Below, piece after piece: positions 48,445 to 57,861 of a stretch of 64,000 nucleotides of DNA (its first letter is position 1; the number at the start of each line of letters is the position of its first letter). Position numbers and translations under genes: made by a program. The stretch spans positions 18,671 through 82,670 of the forward strand of contig DFDI01000088.1 in NCBI GenBank assembly GCA_002367635.1. Direction: 5' to 3'. The stretch is from Betaproteobacteria bacterium UBA3031 (lineage in GTDB: Bacteria > Pseudomonadota > Gammaproteobacteria > Burkholderiales > Eutrophovitaceae). Under the pieces are notes generated by a model that searched no databases, was not told the origin of the DNA, and saw nothing but the letters and a program-made list of their open reading frames with translations.

Positions 48445-50013
48445 TTATTCAGCCCCAACCGTAGGGCCTTGGCTAGAACCCTTCCCTCCGTCTCGCCTCT
48501 TAATATCTACTCTGCGTATCAGAAAAACTATGGGTATCGCCATGAACGAAGCTATGGCAAGCACGAAAAAGCTTGCGATATACCCTTGTAATTGAGACTG
48601 CCTATCCACTTCCTTCTCCAATACAGCGAGCGACTTTAATGTCTCGAGAGAATACCCTTCGCTAGCGACCGGCGTGTTAGTCAAAGCATCATTGAATACA
48701 TTAACGTGCTCCACCAGCTCTGACCTTCCAGTAGCACCTGCGTATATAAAAATCGCGAGCATCAAGGAAACACCAACACTGCTAAACATCGTACGAATCA
48801 AATTAAACACTGCCGCCCCCTCATTTCTTTTAGCCGCCACCACTCGAGAGAATGCCACGAGCTGCGCCGGCACCATCAAAATACCTGATCCGATACCACT
48901 GACAAAACCAGTCCACAGAATTGGCCACACACCGACGTCACTAGTCCAAAAAGCAATGGTGAGCGATGATGTGCCCAGACAAGTCAAACCAAATGCTATC
49001 TGAATACGCACATTGACAATACCCGCGATGCGGTTACTGATAAACATAGCTAAAAGAACACCGATCCCTCTAGATGACTGGAGAAATCCGACATCAACGA
49101 TCTCATACCCAATGAGTCCCTCGAGAAAAGCCGGAAGGAGAACCATTGGCGGCACTGTCAATAAACCATAAAAGGCAACCAGAACTAATGCCAGAAAAAA
49201 GTTTCTTTCGAGAAATAATTTCGGGTCTAGAAATGGATTTTTTTTCATGATTACATGTGCGTTAAACATGTATAACGCGACCAATGCAAGACAGCCCTCA
49301 AAAATTATTTCACCCGACTCAAACCAATCGAGACGCTGACCTCGGTCCAGCATCAGCTGTAGCGATGCAATACCAATCGCCAATGTCAAAAACCCAAACC
49401 AATCTAACTGATATTTTATTTTTACGGGAACATCTTTAGGTAAAAATAACAAACAACCAATTAGCGCTGCTATGCCAAATGGAATGTTAATAAAAAATAT
49501 ATATCTCCACGACAAATATTCAGTGAGCACTCCACCAAGAATAGGTCCAATAAAGGATCCTGCCCAACCAATACCCCAGATAGCCATTGCTTTGGGGTGT
49601 TCCTCTTCAGGAAAAGCATCAAGCATAATTGCTAGCGACAACGGCACCAAAAAGGCTCCACACATACCTTGAGCAATACGAGCAATAACCTCGAAGGTGA
49701 GCGTACTTACCGAACCACAGACGATCGAAGACAAAACGAATCCGGCAACAGCTAAAACATAAACCCTTTTTCTTCCGAAGCGATTACTCAACCACCCCGC
49801 CATAGGAATCATGATTGCTGACGCGACAATATAAGAAGTAATCACCCAACTAATTTGATCTTGGGTTGCCGAGAACGCACCTTGCATATGCGGCAAAGCG
49901 ACTACTGCAATCGTCCAATCGATTGAATACAACAAGGAGGCAAGCACGACAGACATGCTAATTAAATATGGATGTTCAGCTCCTCGATTAACAGTGTTTT
50001 CAACTTCCGCCAT
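48445..50013 (-). CDS. emrB: MFS DHA2-family (EmrB/QacA-type, 14-TMS) efflux permease
   Basis: 522 aa, 14 predicted TM helices, motif A region GWLSNRFGRKR. Downstream of a HlyD-family gene. Confidence 0.85.
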   Translation of the reverse strand: MAEVENTVNRGAEHPYLISMSVVLASLLYSIDWTIAVVALPHMQGAFSATQDQISWVITSYIVASAIMIPMAGWLSNRFGRKRVYVLAVAGFVLSSIVCGSVSTLTFEVIARIAQGMCGAFLVPLSLAIMLDAFPEEEHPKAMAIWGIGWAGSFIGPILGGVLTEYLSWRYIFFINIPFGIAALIGCLLFLPKDVPVKIKYQLDWFGFLTLAIGIASLQLMLDRGQRLDWFESGEIIFEGCLALVALYMFNAHVIMKKNPFLDPKLFLERNFFLALVLVAFYGLLTVPPMVLLPAFLEGLIGYEIVDVGFLQSSRGIGVLLAMFISNRIAGIVNVRIQIAFGLTCLGTSSLTIAFWTSDVGVWPILWTGFVSGIGSGILMVPAQLVAFSRVVAAKRNEGAAVFNLIRTMFSSVGVSLMLAIFIYAGATGRSELVEHVNVFNDALTNTPVASEGYSLETLKSLAVLEKEVDRQSQLQGYIASFFVLAIASFMAIPIVFLIRRVDIKRRDGGKGSSQGPTVGAE

Positions 50014-50045
50014 TACCCTAATAACTTAGATTCAGAAAAACAAAG

Positions 50046-51146
50046 TTAAGGTTTTAAAAAACCAGGTAACCACCCCCGAGTCACGAGTCGGTCTATTGGT
50101 CCGGGCAACCCTCTGCTAACACCAGTCCTCACACCAACAGTAACCGTCATGCCTGCTCGCAGTGGTGGATGCCCCTCGGGCTGCTCCACGACAATATGAA
50201 CTGGGAGTCGCTGCACAACTTTCACCCAGTTTCCTGTTGCGTTTTGTGGGGGTAGGATCGCGAACTCAGCACCAGTAGCTGGAGCAATAGTAGAGACAAA
50301 GCCCGCCCAGTGAACATTAGGGTAGGCGTCTACGCTGATCTCGACTTTTTGACCCACTTCCATCCAAGTAAGCTGTGTCTCCTTAAAATTAGCTTCAATC
50401 CATAAACGATCACTCGAAATAATACTAAAAATCGATGTCCCACGATTCACATACTCTCCGGCTTGGAGCTTCATATTGCTCACAATGCCACTGACCGGCG
50501 CATACACAAATGAATCTTTGATGCCTAAGTCAGCTTGGTCAAAGCTCGCCATTGCTTCTAAATATTTAGGATGTTTCTCTGGGCTCAAATGTGGATCACT
50601 CAATAAACCGGCCAGCACTTTTTTTGATTTTTTATCCAGCGTCGTTAAATGCGCCTTAGCCAATTCGAGCTTGTGCAGAGCCTCATCATATTGATCAGCC
50701 CGGCCCATACCGTGCTCGCGCAATGTCTCCTGACGCTCAAGTTGCTTCATCTGGAACGCAATCATTGATCGCACTTCCTCTTTCTCGACTTGAGCTGCCT
50801 GATATTCGGCTTTTAAAGAGGCCACATCGGCTCGAACAGAGCCCATCTGAGCCTCAGCGCGCTGCTTCTCGACAACAAAACCTGCATGCTCCATACCAAA
50901 TAATAGAGCACCCTTTTCGATATATTGATTATCTTCTACCTCAACATTGGTAACTCTAGAAGACACCTCTGGACTAACGATGACAATATCAGCCTTAATA
51001 TACGCATTTTCTGTTTCAACAACGGCCCCACCGTGCGCATATAAGTACATCCCTGTACTTGCTGCAAAAACTGGGAGCACGACAATAAAAAAGGAACGCA
51101 CAAACCAGAGTAAGGCCACATAAATATTTTTTTCCGAGATCTTCAT
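50046..51146 (-). CDS. emrA: HlyD-family membrane fusion protein (EmrA-like)
   Basis: N-terminal TM anchor, coiled-coil hairpin and barrel-sandwich motifs. ATGA overlap with marR. Confidence 0.85.
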   Translation of the reverse strand: MKISEKNIYVALLWFVRSFFIVVLPVFAASTGMYLYAHGGAVVETENAYIKADIVIVSPEVSSRVTNVEVEDNQYIEKGALLFGMEHAGFVVEKQRAEAQMGSVRADVASLKAEYQAAQVEKEEVRSMIAFQMKQLERQETLREHGMGRADQYDEALHKLELAKAHLTTLDKKSKKVLAGLLSDPHLSPEKHPKYLEAMASFDQADLGIKDSFVYAPVSGIVSNMKLQAGEYVNRGTSIFSIISSDRLWIEANFKETQLTWMEVGQKVEISVDAYPNVHWAGFVSTIAPATGAEFAILPPQNATGNWVKVVQRLPVHIVVEQPEGHPPLRAGMTVTVGVRTGVSRGLPGPIDRLVTRGWLPGFLKP

Positions 51147-51664
51147 TTTGAAACCAACTCCTTATCTTCATCTAAAGAACCGCCATGACTCGGCGTTCGA
51201 CTTTCTAACGAGGCTAGGTTCAATTTGAGTTTCAAAAGTGTATCTACAAACTGTTCTTGCTCATCTTTCGAAATCCCAGTTAAAGCCTCGCTCCTCAAAT
51301 CTGCGGCAGCTGCGCGCATGGCCTTCATTGCAGGGCCTACCTCTTGGGTAAGGAGCACACGTTTCGCACGACGGTCTTGTAGGTCCTCCTCTCGGGTAAC
51401 CCAACCACTAGCTTCCATCCTGTCTAACAACCGGCCTAAGGACGGCTTATCCAGTTCAAGGGTTTGGGCGAGTTCGGATTGCGTCACTCCATCCTTTCGA
51501 TAAAGGTGCGTCAAAACCCACCATTGTGATCGTGTCAGCCCCAGAGTCTTCATTCTGCGGTCATACGTTTGACGCATTAGTCGCGCCACGTCATGCACGA
51601 TAAATCCAAAATTTCTTGATACATCTTCGCGTAACAATATAAGCCCTCCCCGTAAGTGGGACAT
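51143..51664 (-). CDS. MarR-family transcriptional regulator
   Basis: Winged-helix region LTRSQWWVLTHLYRKDGVTQSELAQTLELDKPSLGRLLDRME. A possible alternative TTG start at 51637 is preceded by GGGGAGGG. Confidence 0.88.
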   Translation of the reverse strand: MSHLRGGLILLREDVSRNFGFIVHDVARLMRQTYDRRMKTLGLTRSQWWVLTHLYRKDGVTQSELAQTLELDKPSLGRLLDRMEASGWVTREEDLQDRRAKRVLLTQEVGPAMKAMRAAAADLRSEALTGISKDEQEQFVDTLLKLKLNLASLESRTPSHGGSLDEDKELVSK

Positions 51665-51724
51665 TCTATAATTATTAATTGTCTAAACAACTATATGCCT
51701 AGCAATTATATGTTGGGCAATTAT

Positions 51725-51740
51725 AATGGTAATTACCATT
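51725..51740. promoter_or_regulatory. Perfect 16-bp palindrome, candidate MarR operator
   Basis: AATGGTAATTACCATT lies 61-76 bp upstream of the marR ATG, next to two GCAATTATA direct repeats (51702-51710, 51717-51725) that carry -10-like hexamers. Confidence 0.55.
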
Positions 51741-51908
51741 CCACGCATGAATTTGAGCCCTCCAGTTACTCCGCGAGATATAAAAAACCACAGCCACAAA
51801 TACCGCAACTTCCCCATTGGGCTATTTTGGACCGGTTAATAGATCTATAATTGGGTCTAGACGGACCCAGCCCAATCCCCAGCCCAATCATTGATCAAGG
51901 ACATCGAG

Positions 51909-52325
51909 ATGAAAATAGTTTTCGCAATCACGTTCTCGCTACTGACCCTATTCAGCAGCAATACTCAAGCCCAAACACCCGCGCCAACTGATGCTGAGGT
52001 TTACCTGATTTCCCCACTTGACGGAGAAACCGTCACAAGTCCCGTTATCGTGAAGTTCGGGTTACGCGGAATGGGTGTCGCTCCAGCTGGCATGGACAAG
52101 GCAAATACAGGTCATCATCACCTGATTATCGATCACGATTTACCCGCCTTAGATAAACCCATACCGATGGACAGCAATCATAAACATTTTGGCGGCGGGC
52201 AGACAGAAGCCTCTATTGCATTAAGCCCAGGCAAGCATACATTGCAGCTGATTATGGGAGATAAAACACACATCCCTCATACGCCACCCGTTATCTCAGA
52301 AAAGATTACCATTACGGTGAAGTAG
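51909..52325 (+). CDS. DUF4399 domain-containing exported protein
   Basis: Signal peptide MKIVFAITFSLLTLFSSNTQA. VKFGLRGMGVAPAG...GHHHLIID is typical of DUF4399. Confidence 0.72.
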   Translation: MKIVFAITFSLLTLFSSNTQAQTPAPTDAEVYLISPLDGETVTSPVIVKFGLRGMGVAPAGMDKANTGHHHLIIDHDLPALDKPIPMDSNHKHFGGGQTEASIALSPGKHTLQLIMGDKTHIPHTPPVISEKITITVK

Positions 52326-52405
52326 CCAGAAAGAAATAAAAGCGTCGCTCCAGCACGTTAACGACCACCCACGCATTCCCATCACTATTTAAATTGGTAA
52401 GCCTT

Positions 52406-53008
52406 ATGTCCAAAACCGTTGATTACTTTTTCTCCCCTATGTCTCCGTGGGCCTATTTAGGACACGAACGCCTTCATGCCTTAGCTACTGAGCATAGCGC
52501 GGTCATCAATGTAATCCCCCTTGATCCTGCAAAACTATTTGCAGCCACTGGAGGCGTACCCGTAGCTCAACGGCCGATCCAACGTCAAAAATATAGAATA
52601 TCGGAACTAAAAAGATGGAAATCATTTCTTCAATCACCAATCATCATTGAACCGGAGTACTTTCCCTATAATCCCAGCCTGGTATCTTTGGTTGTTGTTG
52701 CCGTGGTTAATGCCTACGGGTCGGAAAAGGCAATGGAAGTGACCTTAAGCTTAATGAAAGGCTGTTGGGTAGAAAATAGAAATATGGCATCGCCCGATGA
52801 AGTCAAAAAGTCTATTGAAAAGAGCGGCTTAAATGGCGATGAATTGATTGAGTTGGCCGATAAAGATGAATCTTCAAAAGGTTTAGAGCTTAACACCCAA
52901 AAGGCAATTGATAGTGGCGTCTTTGGCGCACCAACATACTTGATTGAAGGTAATGTATTCTGGGGGCAAGACCGGCTAGATTTTGTTAAACGAAGTCTAG
53001 AAAGCTAA
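52406..53008 (+). CDS. 2-hydroxychromene-2-carboxylate isomerase-family (DsbA-like) protein
   Basis: VDYFFSPMSPWAYLG N-terminal motif and C-terminal FGAPTY...FWGQDRL. The ORF can also start at the TTG at 52394. Confidence 0.8.
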   Translation: MSKTVDYFFSPMSPWAYLGHERLHALATEHSAVINVIPLDPAKLFAATGGVPVAQRPIQRQKYRISELKRWKSFLQSPIIIEPEYFPYNPSLVSLVVVAVVNAYGSEKAMEVTLSLMKGCWVENRNMASPDEVKKSIEKSGLNGDELIELADKDESSKGLELNTQKAIDSGVFGAPTYLIEGNVFWGQDRLDFVKRSLES

Positions 53009-54207
53009 ACTTTACTGGCTGAAAAACCATGGTCACTCAAGGCCAAAATAATGTCTTCTATGTGCTGATGATCACGAGTTTTCAGAGAAAACTCAACCTC
53101 CGCACTCTGCACAGGCAACGTGGTGAACGTACGCTGGTGATGTACCTCATCAATATTAGCATTGCATTCGCCCAAGATGCGCGTCACCACGGCCAGCGAT
53201 CCAGGCAAATCGGTCATATGCACATTCAAACGCACTAAACGACCTGATTTAACCATGCCCCGCTCGATAATGGCAGTTAGCGTCAATGGGTCTACATTAC
53301 CGCCGCAAAGAATTAATCCTACATTCTTCCCCTGAAACAAGTCTTTGTTTTTTTTAAGTGCGGCCAAACCAACAGCACCCGCCCCCTCAACAAGGGTTTT
53401 TTCAATCTCTAGCAAAAGAAGCATTGCCTCCTCAATTTCATCCTCAGCCACAAGAAAAATATCAGCAACCAGTTCGGATACAATTTTGGAAGTCAGTTCC
53501 CCAGGTACTTTAACTGCGATCCCGTCAGCTATCGTGACTGAACCAAAACACGGAGGCACACCTTTAATTCGAGCATACATAGAATTGAAGCGCGCCGACT
53601 CCACACCATAAATTTCTATATTGGGGTTAATTCCCTTAGCTGCGGTTGCGATGCCGGCAATGAGCCCACCTCCACCGATTGGAACAAGAATCGCATCTAA
53701 ATCAGGCATGATGTCTAACATCTCCAATGCAATTGTTCCCTGACCGGCAATTACTTTAGCATCGTCGTAAGGGTGAATAAACAGTAATCCCTCATGCTTA
53801 GCAAGCTCTAGCGCATACTCTCTAGCCTCATCAAAGTTATCTCCATACAACAAGACCTCCGCCCCTAACGCCCGTGTATGCGTAACCTTAACCTGAGGGG
53901 CAACCCGAGGCATGACGATAACGGATCGAATACCGTGCCTGGTTGCGTGATAGGCCAACCCTTGCGCATGGTTTCCAGCAGAGGCAGCGATAACCCCTTT
54001 CAAACACTCCTCCGGGCTCATCGATAAAATACGATTCAGGGCGCCACGCTCTTTAAACGATGCCGTGAACTGGTGGTTCTCAAACTTCAAATACACTTGG
54101 CACGAAAGTAAGCTCGATAGGGTGATCGACTGAACAAATTGTGTATCCTGGATACACGAAGTAATGTCTTGACGAGCCTGCTGAATATCTTTAAATAATT
54201 GATTCAT
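53005..54207 (-). CDS. ilvA: Threonine ammonia-lyase (single regulatory-domain form)
   Basis: FKFENHQFTASFKERGA (PLP lysine), SAGNHAQG and GGGGLIAG, with a C-terminal ACT-like domain. 400 aa. Confidence 0.88.
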   Translation of the reverse strand: MNQLFKDIQQARQDITSCIQDTQFVQSITLSSLLSCQVYLKFENHQFTASFKERGALNRILSMSPEECLKGVIAASAGNHAQGLAYHATRHGIRSVIVMPRVAPQVKVTHTRALGAEVLLYGDNFDEAREYALELAKHEGLLFIHPYDDAKVIAGQGTIALEMLDIMPDLDAILVPIGGGGLIAGIATAAKGINPNIEIYGVESARFNSMYARIKGVPPCFGSVTIADGIAVKVPGELTSKIVSELVADIFLVAEDEIEEAMLLLLEIEKTLVEGAGAVGLAALKKNKDLFQGKNVGLILCGGNVDPLTLTAIIERGMVKSGRLVRLNVHMTDLPGSLAVVTRILGECNANIDEVHHQRTFTTLPVQSAEVEFSLKTRDHQHIEDIILALSDHGFSASKV

Positions 54208-54302
54208 TAATTAGAGCGGATTAAGTAATAGCTGGTAGCGACTATAATAGCTACGTATTCATCTCACGTACCACAAATATTTCTCTTTTTATCCGTCACA
54301 AT

Positions 54303-55700
54303 ATGTTTTTAGGTGAGTTTGTCTTTCTTGATTTAGAAACAACTGGGGCCACGGTTGACGCAGATCGTATAACTGAAATCGGTCTTATATCAGTCAAGGA
54401 TGGAGAGTATCAAGAAGAGTGGCAAACACTGATAAACCCGCAAAAAAAAATCCCTTTCAACATCCAGATGATCACGGGAATCAACGACCAAATGGTCGAA
54501 AATGCACCCACCTTTAGTGATATTTATGAAAGTTTGTTTGCGCGTTTAGATGGAAAGATCTTAGTCGCACATAATGTTCGCTTTGATTACTCTTTTCTTA
54601 GAAAAGAGTTTAAATCTAACGGAATTAAGTATTCTCCGAGCTTGCTTTGCACGGTCAAACTCTCTCGCCTCCTCTACCCAGAAGAAAGGAAGCACGGGTT
54701 AGATAGCATCATCAAAAGACTTTCGTTGGTTTGCGGAACCCGTCATCGAGCAATGACTGACGCCCAAGCGATCTGGGACTTTGCACAACACGTCCAAAAA
54801 AACTTTGAGTCTTCTCTAATTTCCACATCGATAGAAAAACTACTCAAGGGGTCCTCGCTTCCCAAAGGAATCGACAAAGAAATGATTGACGCCATTCCCT
54901 CTTCCCCCGGCGTTTACATCTTGAAAGGTGAAAATGGATGCATCCTATATGTTGGAAAGAGCAAGAACTTACGTGTCCGAATCAACTCTCATTTCAGCGG
55001 AGATCACTCGAATAAGAAAGATCTCAAAATAAATCAAAACATAACCCAAATTGACTGGCACGAGTCGGCAGGCGACCTGGGCGCTTTGCTATTAGAGTCA
55101 CAACTCGTTAAGACGATGAGTCCGCTGTACAACCGAAAACTGCGACAAAAAAAAGACAGCTTTACAATCCATTGGGATCCGATTGATGGACCAAAAAATC
55201 CTCAAATCATGGAACTATCAGAATTCAATGAAATCCCTTTTGGTTTCATTTACGGCATTTTCGATAGTAAAAAATCAGCTCTAAAGACTCTTAGAGATCT
55301 ATCAAAAACCTATAACTTTTGTTTAAAAAAATTAGGCATAGAGCCTGGGGAAGGACCTTGTTTTTCGCATCAATTAGGAGTTTGCATGGGTGCTTGCATT
55401 GAAAAGGAATCGGCGCTCAATCACGCGATGCGATTATCACTGGCGCTAAATAAATTTTTAATTCCAAGCTGGCCTTTTAACGGTGAGGTGCTTTTAATTG
55501 AGCAAAGCGAGAGAAGTGGGCTCGTAGAAAAACATAGAGTTAAGAATTGGGCTTACCTTGAATACCAAGTTACAGGGGAAAAATGGAGCAGCGAATACCG
55601 CCTATTGCCGTCAAAAGAGTTCGACTATGATACGTTTCAGATCTTACGTAAATTGATAGAAAAACCAACAAATCACATCACCATCATTCCACAAATTTAG
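54303..55700 (+). CDS. DEDDh 3'-5' exonuclease (DnaQ-like) fused to a Cho/UvrC-N-terminal GIY-YIG nuclease
   Basis: Exo I FLDLETTG, Exo II AHNVRFD, Exo III HRAMTDA. Then GVYILKG...ILYVGKSKNLRVRINSHF, ESQLV...PLYN and a Cys cluster CFSHQLGVCMGAC. Confidence 0.85.
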   Translation: MFLGEFVFLDLETTGATVDADRITEIGLISVKDGEYQEEWQTLINPQKKIPFNIQMITGINDQMVENAPTFSDIYESLFARLDGKILVAHNVRFDYSFLRKEFKSNGIKYSPSLLCTVKLSRLLYPEERKHGLDSIIKRLSLVCGTRHRAMTDAQAIWDFAQHVQKNFESSLISTSIEKLLKGSSLPKGIDKEMIDAIPSSPGVYILKGENGCILYVGKSKNLRVRINSHFSGDHSNKKDLKINQNITQIDWHESAGDLGALLLESQLVKTMSPLYNRKLRQKKDSFTIHWDPIDGPKNPQIMELSEFNEIPFGFIYGIFDSKKSALKTLRDLSKTYNFCLKKLGIEPGEGPCFSHQLGVCMGACIEKESALNHAMRLSLALNKFLIPSWPFNGEVLLIEQSERSGLVEKHRVKNWAYLEYQVTGEKWSSEYRLLPSKEFDYDTFQILRKLIEKPTNHITIIPQI

Positions 55701-56514
55701 ATTTCCGCACTAAATTCTCTTTCAAAAAATCTAACAATGCTTTATTGAATTGTTGGGGTTGCTCCAAATTTGATAAGTGAGACGCTCCCTCAATAATTGT
55801 GAGACTTGACCCAGGAGCCGCAGCTTGAATCTCTTGTGACATAGACACGGGCGTTCCAATGTCGGAGTCCCCAACAATAATTTTAATCGGCACTTGAATT
55901 TCTGCCAGACGATCTGTGCAATTTATCTTGGGAATCGCATGACAGCAGCCTACATAACCAGTTACTGGTGTCTTTTCAATAAGACTTGAGACAAATTCGA
56001 GTTCAGGTCGAGGCTGACTCCGGAAAGAGTCGGTAAACCATCGTTCAAGCGTCCCAGACACTAACGCCTTCATCCCTTCTTGTTTTGCGATCTCGATTCT
56101 TTCCTGCCATGTGGGTTGAGCTTCCAAAGGCATACGGCTTGTAGTGTCACACAACACTAAGGAAGCGAATGAATTTGGAAAGTTGATTGCGTAAGTCATA
56201 CCGATCATGCCTCCCATAGACAGGCCCACCCAATGAGGATCCTTGATCTCTAAGCTATCAAGCAATGCCTTTGCATCTGCCGCCAACTGATCAAGAGAAT
56301 AGGCCCCTTCAGGCGCTTCGCTTGCACCGTGCCCTCTCGTATCAAACGCCAAAACTCGGTAATCACTTTTTAGCGCATCAATTTGCGTGCCCCACATCGT
56401 CAAGTCACACATCAACGAGTGACTTAAAACGACCCATGGGCCTGATCCCCCAAAAATTTCATAGTTCAGTGTTACCCCGTTCACTAACGCTCGCATTGAC
56501 CTCATCCCCCACAT
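55684..56514 (-). CDS. Alpha/beta hydrolase (3-oxoadipate enol-lactonase-like)
   Basis: VVLSHSL..., GLSMGG nucleophile elbow, C-terminal GASHLSNLEQP. Start ambiguous among three ATGs (56514, 56505, 56496). Confidence 0.78.
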   Translation of the reverse strand: MWGMRSMRALVNGVTLNYEIFGGSGPWVVLSHSLMCDLTMWGTQIDALKSDYRVLAFDTRGHGASEAPEGAYSLDQLAADAKALLDSLEIKDPHWVGLSMGGMIGMTYAINFPNSFASLVLCDTTSRMPLEAQPTWQERIEIAKQEGMKALVSGTLERWFTDSFRSQPRPELEFVSSLIEKTPVTGYVGCCHAIPKINCTDRLAEIQVPIKIIVGDSDIGTPVSMSQEIQAAAPGSSLTIIEGASHLSNLEQPQQFNKALLDFLKENLVRKSKFVE

Positions 56515-56631
56515 TGATCACCAGTCGTCCAAGCATGATGTCTCAGTAATTCTAAATTGATATGAATGTTTCATTAGAATAACTAATATTACAGGCGATG
56601 GACAAAATAATAACTAAGCTGGGGGTAAGAC

Positions 56632-57630
56632 GTGCGGATCATTCAATTTATGGGAAGAGATGGCGCAAAGAGAGTCGGACGGGTATCTGAAGGTGGAATT
56701 GTGCGCACCATTAGAGGAGCTACCACCACATATGGGCTCGCGCTAGAGGCAATAAAGAAACAAAGAGTCCTTAAGGACATCATCGACGAACGTACGAGCG
56801 AAGAAAAAGACACGATGGATCAAATTCTCTCGGAAAAGAGAATTCACGTCCCCTTTCATCACCCCGACCCCTATCATCAACTGGTCTCAGGAACAGGATT
56901 ATCTCACCTGGGAAGCGCTAGCGCTCGAGACGCCATGCACGCAAAACTGGATAAAGACGAGTCATCGTTAACTGATTCGATGAAAATGTTTAAATGGGGT
57001 CTTGATGGAGGCAAACCAGACTGCGCAGAAATCGGAACTCAAGCGGAATGGTTCTATAAAGGAGACGGGGACTGGGTCGCAGCCCCGGAGGCAGAACTAA
57101 GTTGGCCAGCCTATGCCTTAGATGGCGGCGAGGAAGTTGAACTCGTTGGCATCTACTTAATTGATGAAACATCAACCGTAAGGCGTGTGGGCTACGCCCT
57201 AGCCAATGAATACGCTGACCACGTCATGGAGAGACAAAACTACCTGTATTTATCTCACTCTAAATTAAGACACTGCTCGTATGGACCAGAACTATTAATC
57301 GGAGATTTACCGCTCGAAGTTCGAGGTAAAGCGAGACTCTTAAGGTCGGATACAGTGATTTGGGAGGAAGAATGGCTATCAGGCAATAACAATATGTCTC
57401 ACTCCATTGAAAACTTAGAGCACCATCACTTCAAATACCCTGAATTTAGACGGTCCGGTGACGTTCATATACACTTTTTTGGCGCAGCCAATGGCAGCTT
57501 TACGAAAAATATTGAAACTCAAGATGGCGATATTTTTGAGATTGAGTCAGTAACTTTTGGTCACCCGCTTAGAAACACGCTAGTAAAGAGCAAACGTAAA
57601 GACGCAAAAATTGTCGTCAAACCTTTGTGA
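56632..57630 (+). CDS. FAH-fold protein, GguC/AraD1-like (tentative)
   Basis: GTG start with a GGGGG RBS. The SGTGLSHLGSA motif and ~330-aa length are recalled from GguC/AraD1-type proteins of sugar-acid pathways. Confidence 0.5.
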   Translation: MRIIQFMGRDGAKRVGRVSEGGIVRTIRGATTTYGLALEAIKKQRVLKDIIDERTSEEKDTMDQILSEKRIHVPFHHPDPYHQLVSGTGLSHLGSASARDAMHAKLDKDESSLTDSMKMFKWGLDGGKPDCAEIGTQAEWFYKGDGDWVAAPEAELSWPAYALDGGEEVELVGIYLIDETSTVRRVGYALANEYADHVMERQNYLYLSHSKLRHCSYGPELLIGDLPLEVRGKARLLRSDTVIWEEEWLSGNNNMSHSIENLEHHHFKYPEFRRSGDVHIHFFGAANGSFTKNIETQDGDIFEIESVTFGHPLRNTLVKSKRKDAKIVVKPL

Positions 57631-57861
57631 TGTCGAATTGACATCGATTTAAATAAAGCCTGACCACCCTTGACCTAAAGGCACTCAAGTGGAAAATGCG
57701 CTACTGTACAGGTAAATAAATATAATAAATTCATTCGTTGAACAAGATTATTGATAAATTTATAGCGTATTTTATCTACCGATAAAAAATAGACTCAATT
57801 CATAATTAGTGCTCGCACACTAATATTTAAAAAAATAATATAAAAATAATCACTAAAAGAC

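Noticed and set aside
54208-54302. A LexA/SOS box upstream of the DnaQ::Cho fusion.
   Set aside because: Neither strand of the 95-bp region contains CTGT-N8-ACAG or a close variant.
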